Assembly: GCF_009834535.1 (NCBI RefSeq)
Contig: NC_045697.1
Location: forward strand, 116,872,001 to 116,936,000
Source: Camelus ferus
Taxonomy: Eukaryota
Direction: 5' to 3'
DNA length: 64,000 nt
In this document: positions 28,321 through 41,770 of the stretch, in pieces
Position numbering within the stretch: position 1 is the first letter of the stretch
Layout of the letters: each line of letters opens with the position of its first letter
Notes under the pieces: model-generated
The model's input: the letters and a program-made list of their open reading frames with translations, nothing else
The model's database searches: none
Told to the model about the DNA's origin: nothing
Made by a program: the position numbers and the translations under genes

Positions 28321-30727
28321 AATTAAGAAATTGATCATCCAGAAATAATAGTAGAGGTAAATATCAATATAAAAATTAAAATATTTTATCATTATTTTTA
28401 CTCATTAAACTGTAAATTATTCCCAAACCATTTCGTTCTTTCTATTCTTCTGTACTTTCATACTTACATGCTAGGTTTTAGCCTACTAAGTTTTAATTAT
28501 TTTTGACTAGTCTGTCTTCTTTAATAAGCTGTGAATTTCTCAAGGGCAAGTTCCTGTCTTCTTCAACTTTGTAACCTTTCAATTTACAGCAGCATGTCTG
28601 AAAATGTCACAGTTACTCAGGGCATTGTGGGTCTTTTTTTTTGATCAAAGAAAACTACCTAGTTATATTAAGATATTAAATCCAAAGTGTCAAAAGTGTT
28701 AAAAAGGAAAAAAATAAAAGCATACTTGCAGTAAAGAGGTAAAGTTTTGTTAAAGGAAGGAAATGAGAAGTTTAGCAAATGAGAAATCAAATGAATAGAA
28801 ATATTTAATATTTTTACTATTTAATAAACAGTCGTCCCTATATTTATATTTTCTGTTTATTTGATGAGAAATTAAGCAGTATTTCCATGGAGGGGGACCA
28901 GCAGAAAGGTGTCTTGGGAGCTGTTTGCTTCCACCATCAAGAAAGTAAGTTTCACATATATCTTCCCACTTGGGTTTGACAGACGCTTTTCAAGGTCTTC
29001 TCTGTCCCAGACACTCAGCAGGCTTAGTGCTGGTGTTAAAAAGATGACTAACATCACCTATCTCTCTGTCTATAAGAGTTACGCAGTCTAATAGGAGAGA
29101 GATCATCATAGCGGAGTGTCTCGGGTCTAATAACCCAGTTTAGCGTCCTAAGGAAACAGGTAAGGTGCTGTTAGTTCTTGTGGCACTTGAGGTAAAAGAG
29201 TGTGGATGGAGAGTGTGACATTTCACCCAGAAACTGAAGGCCTTGCAGAAATCAGGAGAGCACAAGAGTCAGGAAGGGAGTTTGAGAGAAAAGGCCTTCT
29301 AACAAAGGACCGGAAGTGAGGACACATTCACTGAGTGGGAGAAACGGCCCTTATGGAAACTTGCTGTTCCACCGAGGTCGTTGGCTCCCAGATGTCCGCG
29401 AGTTATGAACTTATGTTCGTAAATTCAATAAGAAACAATATGCACTGGCACGCCTGGCCCCCTAGACTTGTCTCTCCTAACTTTTACCTGGCTGCTTATG
29501 ATTTAGTTCCTCAGTATAATGAATTCGATTGATCTAGGGTCTTAATCCTTAATATGTTTCCTCCCCCTCTTGATACTGTGGGTCCCTTTTTTTTTTTCTC
29601 TTAATGGTCTGACAGAATGAAAGTAAAATTTCCAACCAACTGTCATCTAAACAAGAGGACACATTGCTTTTCATTAAAAAGGAATTGTTTTTGTAGGAAC
29701 GTTCTATATGTTAAGCAAAAAAAGATTCTGGGGTAGATAATGACCATCTTCCAGGCACCCTGTCCTCTTAACCCTCCTACTCAGTGATCAAGGGTCTCGC
29801 TTCCAACTTTTAGAGGTCAGTGAGGAAAAGCACACACAGGCAGGTGCTCTGACAGGGTCCCAGACACTGGGATTTCAAATCTAGAATTTGGGTCAGTTTT
29901 GCTGTTTTGTAGAATTAGCACCTGCCAGTCTAAATGGCTTCGAGCCCTGTATTTATTGGTCAGTCCAAAGAAGCAGATCGCATAGCATCCCATTCACTTG
30001 CTAGCAAGTAATGAGGGGTGATGCAGTCAGACACTGTCTTGGCTTCAAGTCGCCAAGAGAGTCTGGGATTAGCTTTGGCAATATTGGTTGGCATGCTGCA
30101 TCGGCTGGGATCTGGGGAGCAAGGATTGCCAAGGATGAGAGGATGTAGAGAACATTACATTCCTGCTTTTTATTTTTTGTTGAAAAATCACAGTGGTTGG
30201 CTTGATTATAGAGGGTTGTTTACTAAGGTAAGAGGACATGGGGAATGTGTCATTCTAAGCTTTAAAAATGACACGCTTCAAACTTTGCAGATCTGCCTGG
30301 GCTAAGCGCTGAAATATACTGTAGGTAACTATAGAAGTGTCATTCTGTAAAACTAAGTTTGCCCTTTTGAAATTCAAAAGCCTGCCTTTGACATAGCTTC
30401 TACTATACAAATGTTCACACGATCACCGGGAGAAGTTATTTTTAGTATTAATGATGCTACAATACAGGGATTTTTAAAGAGGCCTCAGAAGACTTTCCAG
30501 ATTATCTTGTGACACCATAGTTTCATTCTTCTGAGTACTGCTTGCAATGCGTGAGCAAACTGGCCAGAACACTTGGTATGTTTTGAGCACCTACAATGTT
30601 TTTTATTGCTTTTTATATTTATACGTGTAGAGATAGGAAGGGAAACTTACTTCTGATATCAAAGAATATAGACATTGTTTCAGGAAAAAGGATATAAATG
30701 AAATGACTAAACCATGCCAAGAAAGCA

Positions 30728-30966
30728 TTTTTTTTTTAATTGAAGTGCAGTCAGTTACAATGTGTCAATCTTTGGTGTACATCACAATGTCCCAGTCATG
30801 CATATATATACACATAGATTCATTTTCATGTTCTTTAAAGGTTCTTACAAGATATTGAATATAGTTCCTTGTTCTTCACAGAATAAATTTATTTTTTTAA
30901 CCTGTTTTTATATATAGTAGTTGATATTTGCAAATCTCAAACTCCCAAATTTATCCCTTCCCATCC
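30728..30966 (-). mobile_element. Short L1 3' end with imperfect TSD
   Basis: Poly-T plus L1 3'UTR motifs; ccaagaaagcatttt at 30717 versus ccaagaaaatatttt at 30967. Confidence 0.82.
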
Positions 30967-31689
30967 CCAAGAAAATATTTTTATTAAAGAAGGATTTGGG
31001 TTATCTTGATATTTGTTCCAAGAAGATTTGACTTCCATTTTGATTCAAGCATTTTTATTATACAAATTTATGACACTTTATTTTTAAAGAAGTCATCATA
31101 ATTGGGGAGAGGACATCATGTTTGTGCAGGTGTAGCTAAACAAGAGTTTACTTTTAACAAGTCAAAGTACGACTTTTTAATTTTTGACAGAATTTTATTT
31201 CTGAGAAAAGCACGTTGTCACGTCAGCCTCTCAGACTTGAAGTCTGGGAGCACATTTGTCACCTCGTTCCCTAACAGTTCCTGTCTCGACTTGAACCTAT
31301 GTCTATTTCTGACGTTACTATTTTTCAATCAGCCAGGTTTGAAATCTTTGAGTCATCCTGGCGTCTTCCTTTGCTCGATGCCTCATAGTTGAGTAGCACT
31401 AAACTCTGACAGTTCTTTGAAATGCCTCCAGTCCCTTTTTCTTTTCATTCCTGTTAATGCCACCTGGATCAGGCTCATCCATGCAGGGCAAGATGCTGTA
31501 GGAGGCTCCCGAGTGACCTCCTTGTCTCTACCTCTGCCCCAGAGGCAATTTATTGTGTGAATCACTGCTAAATTTATCATCCCTACTTCCTTTTCAATCA
31601 TATTGCTTCTTGAGAAAAAAAAAAATCTCTCAAGACTTCCATTTGATTGGAAAATAAAGTCTAAATGCCCTAATGCATTGAAAAATGTC

Positions 31690-32765
31690 TTATGGAAAAA
31701 CTAAGCATATACAAAAGTAGATAGAATATTATAACGAAACTTTATGTGCCTGTTATATCCAAATATAACAATTAATCAACGCATGACCAGTCTTGTTTCG
31801 GCTCTGTCTCTGCTACTTCTGATGCCCGCAGTAATTTGAAACAATCCCAGACCTCATATTCTTTCATCTGTAAATATTTCAGTACGTATCATTAGAGGAC
31901 AAAACATGCAAGCACAGGATCATTATCCCACTCAAAAGAAAAATTAGGAATAATTTCAGACAAACATGCAGTCAGTGGTCAGACTTATACTTGTCTCCCT
32001 AAATGTCTGTTTGTCTCTCTGTCTGTCTATCCATCTATCTACCTTCCTACCTACCTACCTATCTATCTCACAGTTGATTTCAGTCAGGATTCAGATGAAG
32101 CCTACCCTTGGTGAATGGCTGGTATGTCTTTTAATCTACAAACTCCACTCCATCACTTCTGTTTTTTCCCCTATCAGTCTACTTACTGAAGGAACCAGAT
32201 CACCGGTTTTGTAGAGCTCTAGACTCTGGAGTTCGCTGGTTGCACTTCTCTGGTGACTTTGTTTGTCCTTCTATAATCTCTGCTCCATCTACATTGGTGT
32301 CAGGCTTAGGGACTTGATCAGATTTAGATTTAATTTATTTTATCCAGGCTCCTTTATAGATGGTGATGTGTTACACTGGGAGACCCTGGCAGATGTCCAG
32401 GGAGCCAGCCTGGTCATGATAGTAGCAGCTGTTGGTGCTCAGTATTAACCTCTCCAGTCACTAGGCATCAAAAAATGGGGGTATTCTAATTCTGGCATTA
32501 TTTCTTCATTGATTAGTTGAAATACTTCTTTTTAAAAATTTTTTATTTTTATTTTTTATTTTTATTTTAAAAATTTTTTAATTTTTCTTTTTCTTTAGTT
32601 ACTTTTTCTTTAATGGAGCTACTGGGGATTGAACCCAGGACCTCCTGCATGCTAAGCACGTGCTCTACCATGGAGCTATACCCTCCCCCTCAGAATACTT
32701 CTTTAAAGAGTAATTTCCCTTCATCTCTTATCTAGTTCTCTAGTGGTACAGTTTATATAGAAAAA
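31690..32765 (-). mobile_element. Ancient L1 (L1MC/MD-like) 3' end interrupted by a SINE
   Basis: catatacaaaagtagatagaatattataac and caatcccagacctcatattctttcatctgtaaatatttcagt motifs typical of old eutherian L1 3' ends. Confidence 0.6.
32532..32693 (-). mobile_element. tRNA-Ala-derived SINE (Vic-1-like)
   Basis: ggggattgaacccaggacctcctgcatgctaagcacgtgctctaccatggagctataccctcccc is the reverse complement of the 10246 element; T-rich tail; TSD aatacttcttt at 32521-32531 and 32694-32704. Confidence 0.88.
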
Positions 32766-33399
32766 AAAAATAACAGCATTACTTTTAAGGAACACTGTGA
32801 CCTGAACTTCTAACTCCCTTTTTATTTTCATCTGTCACGATAACTCTTGTACCGTGTTTGTGTCTCTGAGGCTGAGAACTGGGCAGTTAAACACAATGAG
32901 AAGGTATGTGTTAGTTAACTTCAGGGTGTGTGTGTGTGTGCGTTTTGTGGTTTGGTCTGTTCCAAACTGTCAATAATTAAACACGTCCCCTCACTCTTTT
33001 CTGCTCTCCCGTCCCCACTAAAACACCGCCCGGTTCTTCCCTAGTGGACAGTCTGCCCACGCCTCAAAGTCCAGCCCAAATCCTGTCTCTGCAGAGCCTA
33101 TGGGACTAACCCGAGTAAGCTCCTTTTCTCAGCAGAACATCTAGTATGTATATATACATATATTTAATTCTACAAGTTTTCAGTTCATCAATATCATAGA
33201 GAAATAGCACTGAATAGCATTTATGTAAAAGAAACTTGGGCTCAAATTCCACTTTTTCAATAGTCACATTTGGGCACATTTATAGTCTCTCAGAGCTTTG
33301 ATTTATTATGTAAAAAAGAAAATGACTTGATTTCCCTTGGAGATTTGTTGTGAGATTAACAGGAGTGTTGCACATGAACTATTTATCATGGTACCTGGC

Positions 33400-33721
33400 T
33401 GTTACGGGCTGAATGTCCCCCCAAATGCATATGTGACTCAGTGGCCCCAGGGTGTAGTATTAGGAGGTGGGACCTCTGGGAGGTGATGAGGTCAGGAGGA
33501 CAGAGCCCTCATGAACGGGGTTAGTCTTCTTATGAAAGAAATCCAGCAGGTCCTCCCAGCCCCTCCTCCCACGCGCCACACGGTGAGACGTGCGGCTCCC
33601 AAAGAGGGTCCTCACTGGAACCAACCGCACTGGCACCAGGTCTCAGACTGGCAGCATCCAGCCCTGTGCGAGCTAGATGCTTGCTGTTTCTAAACTGTTC
33701 TAACAGCTAAATGGACTGACA
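33400..33721 (+). mobile_element. MaLR solo LTR (MLT1A-like)
   Basis: tgttacgggctgaatgtccccccaaatgcatatg...gtattaggaggtgggacctctgggaggtgatgaggtcagga...gagccctcatgaacggg; TG...CA ends. Confidence 0.82.
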
Positions 33722-34236
33722 CTGATGCACTGACAGATCTGCAGTTATCACCTAGAATTTAAACTTGCTGTAAATGTATATTTGTATGTGCATAGCTATG
33801 ATCTCCTGAATCTCCAGATATGACAAGGTATTCGGTGGTAGGGGCGTGTAGGTCTGACCTTGGATGTTCTGCAGTGTGGAGCTGTGCATTGCAGCATTTG
33901 TGCTGTGGGAAACCATGCAAGCGCGTGACACAGTTTCCATGCACGTGCCGTCCAGGTCAGGTTGGGGTGGGGGCATTTTTGCACAGACAAGGAAACTGCA
34001 GATAATACCTCCTTACGTGTCTGTTAACTGCAGGACCCTCAGCCTGCAGAATTTGTGAAGCTAGCTTGGGTTTTATTCTCATATTCTGTTCCTCGAGGTC
34101 TCCTTGCCAACACATAAAAAAAAAAAAAAAAAAAAAACAAAGAACAAAGACTAACATAACAAATATCATGTTGCCAACTTCTAGAATTATCCTGTCAATT
34201 TTTTTGTGCACATTGGCTTTCAGAATGTACTTGAGA

Positions 34237-34273
34237 GGGGGTATAGCTCAGGGGCAGAGCATTTGACTGCAGA
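34237..34273 (+). pseudogene. Tail-less retropseudogene: 5' half of tRNA-Cys(GCA)
   Basis: GGGGGTATAGCTCAGGGGCAGAGCATTTGACTGCAGA matches the 5' end of mammalian tRNA-Cys-GCA through the anticodon loop (GCA 34269-34271). 12-bp direct repeat cagaatgtactt at 34221-34232 and 34270-34281; no poly(A). Confidence 0.85.
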
Positions 34274-34639
34274 ATGTACTTTAGGGACATAAATACATCA
34301 AAGTCAGAATCCCTCTGACCATCTCCTCATGTCTCCTTCCTGCACCTTCTCCCCAGAGGTGATCACACTTGTGAGGTTAGTATGCATCTTTTCAGCCAAT
34401 TTAAAAATAATTTTACATACATAATCAGTGGATATCTGTGTGTTTTTTTTAAAAAAGCTTGCATATTGTAAATGCAGTTGACAACATGCACTTTTCTGTA
34501 ACTTGATATTCCTGTTTTTTAACAACTGCTCCTACTTTAACAAGTGGAGAGGTGCAGGGTCTAGCCAGGCTGGGGGCTACGGTTTTATGGTGCTGGAAAT
34601 AGGGCTGAACCCGGAGGTGGATATGAGGGACGGTCTATT

Positions 34640-35200
34640 CTTTTTTTAATACCTTTATTGCGGTATGGTTCTTGTTCAGTAAACTTCACATATTTCAGAT
34701 GTACAATTTGGTGATTTTTGATAGATTTACACACCCATGAAACCACCACCACAATCAAGATAGCCAATAGTTCCATCACTCCCCAAGAAGTGCAATTTTC
34801 AAATTCCCAATTTATCCCTTCCTACCCTCCTTTTACCCTCTGGTAACCAACCATAAGTTTGTTTTCTAGGTCTGTGAGTCTGTTTCTATTTTGTAAATGA
34901 TTTAGTCTTTTTTTTTTAGATTCCACATATAAGTGATATCATATGGTATTTTTCTTTCTGTTTCTGGCTCACTGCACTTCGAATGACGATCTCTGGTTCC
35001 ATCCATGTTGCTGCAAATGGCATCATTTTATTCTTTTTATGGCTGAGTAGTATTCCATGGTATAAATATACCATAACTTCTTTATCCAGTCATCTGTCTA
35101 TGGACATTTAGGTTGTTTCCATGTCTTGGCTGTTGTACATAGTGCTGCTATGAACATTGGGGTGCAGGTGTCTTTCTGAATTATATTTTTCTCCACATGT
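34640..35200 (-). mobile_element. Two adjacent L1 fragments: old L1M 3' end (~34640-34790) and younger L1 (~34795-35200)
   Basis: gaaaccaccaccacaatcaagatag (old L1M); tccatccatgttgctgcaaatggcat...ggctgagtagtattccat (ORF2 end). Confidence 0.8.
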
Positions 35201-35265
35201 ATTTCTTGAGAACATAGTTCTACAAGGCATCAGCCAAGAAATTTTCCCTTCGTTGGAACAGGAAT

Positions 35266-35400
35266 ATTTTTTTGTGGGGGAAGGGTGGGTAATTAGGTTT
35301 ATGTATTTATTTATTTATTTTTAGTGGAGGCACTGGGAATTGAACCCAAGACCTCATGCATGCTAAGCTTGCGCTCTACCACTGAGCTGTACACCCCCCT
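35266..35400 (-). mobile_element. tRNA-Ala-derived SINE (Vic-1-like)
   Basis: gggaattgaacccaagacctcatgcatgctaagcttgcgctctaccactgagctgtacaccccc preceded by a (TTTA)n tail. Confidence 0.85.
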
Positions 35401-37202
35401 CAACCCTGAGGTGGAATCTTAATGTGACAAATACCACATTATTGCCTTTGGACCCTTTAACATCAGATGAGAGGCTTTGCTTGGCTTCATAGATGTTCTA
35501 TTTAAATAATTGGCTTACAGCCATTTGTTCTATTTTTCTCATTAGCCTATCTTAGTACTTTTAATTCTACTTTATAAACAAAAGCAGGATTTATAAGAGT
35601 ACAGGATACTGCTTACAGGGTTCAATTAAATTCAGCAAACTTGGATTGAGGCATTTCTGTGTTCTAGCTAAACAATTCCCAATCAATCTGTGCGCCTCGG
35701 GCATCCTTTCAAATGGTTGTGTCTTGGCTCCTGAGTCTGACACAATGTTGTCTCATGCGTGGGGACCATTGTTCTCCTGTTTCTCAGGGTGATCCCTTCC
35801 CAGATGTCTTTCTGGTTGATTCCCACAGCCAGCTCCATCTAGGAAGGCTGCAAACTCTCCTCCTGCAGAAACTGACCGGCTAGCTTATCCTTCCCACTAA
35901 GAAGCTGGTCTTTTCAAAGCCTCGGGGAGATTAGGAAACCCACAGTCGAATTACATTGCCCTTTATTTCAAAAGGCACAGAGTTTCACTCTGTGTGGCCC
36001 TGAAATGGCATGTACTCCTGATACTCAAAATTCCTCTGCGAGAACATGAGAGAACGTGGAAAGTAAATACAAGGGCCCTGACCTTTGACATCCCGTCTTT
36101 TGGGTTTTGACAAGGTTTCTCCGGTAGAAGCCTGATTTTAGAGACCACATTCTTTCACTCCACGGAATTTAAGGTATTTATTTGATTCTCCATGGAGGCA
36201 GCTTTGAAGAGAAAGAGCTTCCCAGCCACACTGACCCCAGTCCATCACACAGACACAGCCGGTTAGCTGGCCGGCCTCTCCAACAGGAAGGCGCCTCTCC
36301 GGGTCCTGGCCCACTTCCTGTGAAGGGTTCTCTGTGTCTCAAAGCTTATCCTTCCTCTTAAGGAGCATAAAGATCCTCAGATGTCTGCTCCCAACCTAAA
36401 AGCCTTTAGAATTTTACGTATTCCTTCCTCCTACCGGCTAGCATTCAGAGAGCTCGGATTCTGCTAAAGCATCATTTGCATAAAAGGCAGGCTGGGGGAC
36501 TGGCTGATGTAGGTCTTTCCTCTTGCATCAGTCTGCTTCCCGGGGGAAATGTCTGGTCAAATACATTCTATTCATAAGCCTCAACTTGCTAACTGACAAC
36601 CAAGTGAACATCTCTGGGTCATTTCGAATTTAATTATTAATCAAAAGCACAACATATTTTACTTAATTATGGGTCCTTCTTGCTTCTATCAAGCCTTGCC
36701 ATACAGTGCATAGTCAGTGCACTTCAGTCCTGAGTCGTCCCCACCACTGGGCTGGAGACAACAGGGACTGGAGGAATCCTGCATGAGTCCATAAATAATC
36801 TTTTGAGACTCAAAGATGGCTTGATGCATTGTTTGAGCTGGCTTTTGGGACTGGCTTCCCCATTAATCCTATGTCATTGAAACATAGACAGTTTGAAACC
36901 ATCCTTGACTGCTGTGTTCCAGGAAAACAGGAGGTCGAAGCACTGGATCTCTAGATCAATCTGCCTGGAAGGAAAAACAAAACCATGGAAAGGGTAACAC
37001 AACAGTATTGCCACAGGAAAAATGAAAGGCCAAGCAAATATTTACCTGGCGCGCTCTCTCTCTATATATATTTTATGTAATTATTTTTAAAAGATTTATG
37101 ATTCATTTTGCCCCATGAAGTAGACTCAAAAAATTAAGGGAAAGCTGGCATTTTTGAATCCAAGCTACTTTAATAAAGAGTTTTACTTCAAAGCTGTTTG
37201 CC

Positions 37203-37379
37203 AACCAGGGAGTGTAGAAATAAATCCATTTTCAAATGGGAAATTCTATATATACATGTAAAAATAATTTTTAAGAAAGTTTAATTTAGTAACCCGGGGA
37301 GCATAGAAACAAATCCATTTTCAAACAGGAAATTCTACATATATGTGTAAAAATAAATTTTTTTAAAGTTTAATTTAGT
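37203..37379. repeat. Two-copy tandem duplication, 88/89-bp units
   Basis: Units 37203-37290 and 37291-37379 align end to end. Confidence 0.9.
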
Positions 37380-37404
37380 AAAGCAGAGTTTATTTGTTTA
37401 TTTT

Positions 37405-37557
37405 CTCTTTTTTTCTTCTAGCTTTATGGAGGCATAACTGACAAATATAATTGAATATGCTTAAAGTGTACAATGCGGTGATAGGATTTCCATATACATT
37501 GTGAAATATTTACCACAGTTGAGCTAGTTAACACATTCGTCACCTCACATACTTATC

Positions 37558-37588
<31 letters not shown>

Positions 37589-37760
37589 TGTGTGTGGTGA
37601 GATTGTGTGAGTTCTACTCTTGTTAGCAAGTTTCAAGTGTATAATACAGTATTGTTAAATACAGTCTCATCCTCAGAGCTTAATCTTCTAACTAAAAGTT
37701 TGTACCTTTGACCAATATTTTCCCTTTCCCCCCTCCCCTGGTAACCCCATTCTGTTCTCA
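37405..37760 (-). mobile_element. L1MA-like 3' end containing (TG)n at ~37557-37596
   Basis: catatacattgtgaaatatttaccacagttgagctagttaacacattcgtcacctcacata...ctaaaagtttgtacctttgacc. Confidence 0.8.
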
Positions 37761-37889
37761 AACAGCATTTATTGTTCAATAACCAGAAAACAATCAGTTT
37801 AACAGAATTAAGTTTTGTAAAGAGAAGCGATTTCCATAAAAAAGGTGAGTTTAACATTTGGATATATTACATTAGCTTGTGTTCATCAT

Positions 37890-38355
37890 TGTTAAAGAAA
37901 ACCACATTCAATGATGCCTGTTAAAGATGGTAAGGCCGACTTTACTCAGGGCCATCACAGCAGGTATGGGGCCACTGCAGGGGGAGTTTACCGCGGTGGG
38001 GAGGGACTGGGCTCAACCTGGAAGGCAGCAGTGTGAGTGGGGACTCACAGCCCCACAAGGGGTAGAAGAGGGGTCAGCGGATGGAGAAATGACTAAGAAG
38101 AAACACCAGGGAGAAGGGCGTCCAGGTAAACTGGCCTCAACAGATTCTTGCTAAGGACAGGCCAGGTGATCGGACATCACCTGGGGGACCCAGTCGGATG
38201 CTGAGAGTGATCAGATAGCAAGCATACGGGCTTCTGGTCAAACTGACTTTGCAGGGCTCTTGCTGAAACTCGATTTTATCAGAAAGTGCACAGCTGGGCC
38301 TAAGAGAAGGTTCAGGAGCCCAGCTAAAGTTCGATCAAGCTGAGAGTCTTTATCA
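37890..38355 (-). mobile_element. ERV1 solo LTR, MER31-like
   Basis: TG...CA termini, 466 bp. The reverse complement begins tgataaagactctcagcttgatcgaactttagctgggctcctgaaccttctcttaggcccagctgtgcac, which I recognise as the MER31 5' end. Confidence 0.78.
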
Positions 38356-41300
38356 CCGTGGTCACAATTATGTTTTGGTATAGTCCTCATGTTATTTTGT
38401 CAATATCCTTGTAATAATATACGACGTAAGGGGGGAAATGACATTGATAGGCATTCCTTAAGGGTGCTAAATATGAACACACACCACTTTGAGCAAAGGA
38501 AAAGCTTTCAATGACACGATTCCCTGAGATGTAAATGTACATAATTTTAAACTTATTTGCAGCCCTATTTAATGTTAACTCGTTAAAAATGGTGCCTCAT
38601 TTCATTGAAAGAAAGCATTTTTAAAAAATTTTACTTATGTTAAGGTTATTTTATTCCTATTGTAACTTTACTGGCTTAATATAAATCCATTCTATAAATC
38701 AGAACTTCATGAAATATAAACATTTTCATTTTTCTTTGTCCAAGTGCTCTTTGGAAGTCTTTGCATCCAGGAAGGTGGGTGCGCCTTTGGTAGACACTAT
38801 TTTCATGCAGCTTTGCCTGTGCAAATTATAGAACATGAATTTTCTTTCTCTAAAAATAGGTTGTCACTTGCCTAGTGACTCGCTTCAGGGTCTTTCTGTG
38901 GCAGGATGATGTTTGAGTTCTCATCTTGATTCAGAGGTTATATGAATTCAACAGATCGCATCTTTAGAAACAGATCCAAATATATTGTAGCATTAAAAAT
39001 ATTTTTACTTATTTGTAAAGAAATACTGTTTTGTCTTTACTTATGACTCAGTGATGTGAAAGCAACTAGAGATACTGCACTGAACTGGTCCACACTGATA
39101 GTTACTGTAAAATGTGGAATTCTGGAGTATCGGTGATGCTGAGCAGTGACTGCAACTTCCTGAGACTGAGGCACAGGGACGCTGGTGCCCATTGTTAGAT
39201 GCACGTACTGCAGACGGTTTCCACTTTTCTCATCGTCTGCAACTGCTCTGGTAGTCACATGTGCATGCAGACTAATTTTACAGGCACCTGTTGCCATGGT
39301 AGCACAGAACAAGAATGAAAGCCATTATTTTACGGGGTGAGAGTTCCCACGAGGTGCAGGTGCGGGCTGGTGAGAACACCGCTTTTGCTTTGTCAGGTTG
39401 CCAAGGTACAGGGCCAGGTCTGTAATAACAAGTCCCATGGGGACTGTGGGGCTCGTCTGAGGCTGTCCTTGTCTGTGATCTAGGCTACCTTCACACGTTT
39501 ATTAGACCACAGGGACCCAAATCTAGCCCCACTGATAACACGGCACTGATTTCCATCAAGACACACCGAAGCAGATGGATTTTCCAATGTGAGTTATTAG
39601 CTGATAAAGAAAGAAGCCCACATGTTTATGTGTCTCTGTGCTTAGGGTGGGGCTGACAGTGGTAGTGATTCTTTCTGCCGTTTTGAAATAAGATAATTAC
39701 AGAAAGGTTTTTCTCCGTGTGTTTTCTAAAAACTAATGAGACATCAAATGAAATCGTTGGAACTCAAAGGAACCTTGCAGAAAACTGATTTATCACTCTG
39801 AGGTTGTACCTGTTGTATCTTTGTCACGTGTCTGTTACATGCCAGGTGTCACATGGACTCCCCGTGAGAGGTAAGACTTCACGGTCCACGGTTAGTGAAA
39901 TGAAACCCCTAGAGAGACCCAGACGAGAGCAAATGACCAGCACAGGCAGTTCCATTTTTTGCTCCTTTCCCATTTTTTCCATTCCATCCAGATGCCGTCT
40001 TACAAAGACCCATGTCTTACTCTGCTGGCATTATTTTGTTTACTTCACTCTTCCCAAAGGGGGCAGTGTTTTGGAGGAGCTTTGTAAATAGCCAAATACG
40101 AAGTGGATACTGACTTCCCGCAGGGTTCTGTCAATAATAAACGTTTATCAAGTGCCTCCTGTATGCCGAGCATTGGATGAGTTCGTTACTATGGTGAATT
40201 ACTCAGTTCCACTCATTACCTATCTTACTGCATCGTTTCAACTTGCTAAAACCAGTTCCCGGTAAAGGTGCGGTCTTTAACACAGTAACTTGACAAGAGA
40301 TGGTGAGAAGCTTAAGCTATTGACTTAACAAACTGGAAACACACACACACACACACATGCTCACACGCCCCTGAGCTCACTCAGACCCTCAAAGAGGTGC
40401 AGGAAACAGGTAGAAGGCTGTACCAGGTGGTGTAATTTAACTAAAAGAACTGAGTGAGAGGAGTTTCTCGCCTTGGTTGGAAAGTACACCTTCACTTTAC
40501 TCCCTCTTCAGCCCCTGAGAGCGTTTTGCCTTGGTTCCCTTCAGTTTTTGCTCTTTTGACGTTTTCACCTGATGCCGTGTTCCCTCGCCTGTCACCGCTC
40601 CTCCAGCCCTACAGGAGAGAGGGCTGGTGGGGCTTGCAGACATGGCAGATCTCCCAGCTTCCCCCTGTGGGCACAGAGCCCTTATTCAGCATTGACTCTG
40701 GCCGCCTGCCTTCCTGCCTCCCTCTCCCGATGGTGCAGACCCAGACCGTGGGATCAAGGGCCCGGGCAGTCTAGACCAGTCCTTGTAGAGAGCAGGGCCA
40801 ACATCGAGCATTTGGACACTTTGGTATCAACTTGGGAGAGTATTTTTGTCTCTTGAATCTAACAAAATACTTGTTTGTATTTTTAAAGAATTTCATTTCT
40901 CTAGTAATAAATTATTTTATTTTATTTTATTCTACTATTATTTTATTCTATTTATTTATTTTATTCTATTCTATTCTACTCTACTCTTTTATTTTTCTTT
41001 TTTTTTTTTCCTTTTAACAAAACAATAGTCTGCATGCAGTGTCAGGTCTGGGGAGAGAAAGACCGAAAACACCTGGCTTTTCACTACAGACCATTTGAGA
41101 AGCACTGGTCTACCTGCTCTCAGGTTCTCTAAAGATGTGTTTTGATTTCCTGCCTGCATGCTTTTGCCTATTTTTTTTTAGCTAACACTGCCTAGCTCTT
41201 AAAACCCAACAGTGATATCCTCCCCCTCATGAATTTTCCCTGAACTCTTACACTGAAGTTCTTTTGTTTCTGCTGAAACCTTGTGACTGACATCTTATTG

Positions 41301-41379
41301 AAAGCAGTCTCACTTTGCATTCTGCACAAACGCACGTGTCGTGCTGCAGCGCCACCTCGGAAGCTGCACCTGAGACATC

Positions 41380-41640
41380 CACTCAGGGTGCGTAAAAGCG
41401 TGCACTTGGAAGTCACAGACATCGGGGCTAGAGTCCTGAGTCCTGTCGCGTGTCAGCCGAGGGGGCTTGCATCAGCTAATTGGCCTCTCTGTGCCTCAGT
41501 TTCCTCAGGTATCACAGGGGATTGCTGGTGGCACCTAGCTCTTAAGGTTGCTGTGAAAATCAAATAATACATGTAAACAGTTAAGGGCACAATTCCTGGC
41601 ACACACCTGCCGCTCAGTGAATACCTGCTGTGACGTTTTT
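41380..41640 (+). mobile_element. MIR SINE
   Basis: cctctctgtgcctcagtttcctcaggtatcacagggg core. Confidence 0.7.
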
Positions 41641-41770
41641 CATTATCAATATTGGCAGCATGTTTAGAATATATTCCATTGCCTTTGTTCAGGCAATAAA
41701 ATTAGTCATGTAATTGTTTTGAGGAGAAAGAGATAAGAAGAGACTCCCACAATGGCTTTGAAAGACCCAC

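Noticed and set aside
38162..38184. Inverted repeat CCAGGTGAT-N5-ATCACCTGG
   Set aside because: Lies inside the MER31-like LTR and appears to be part of its consensus.
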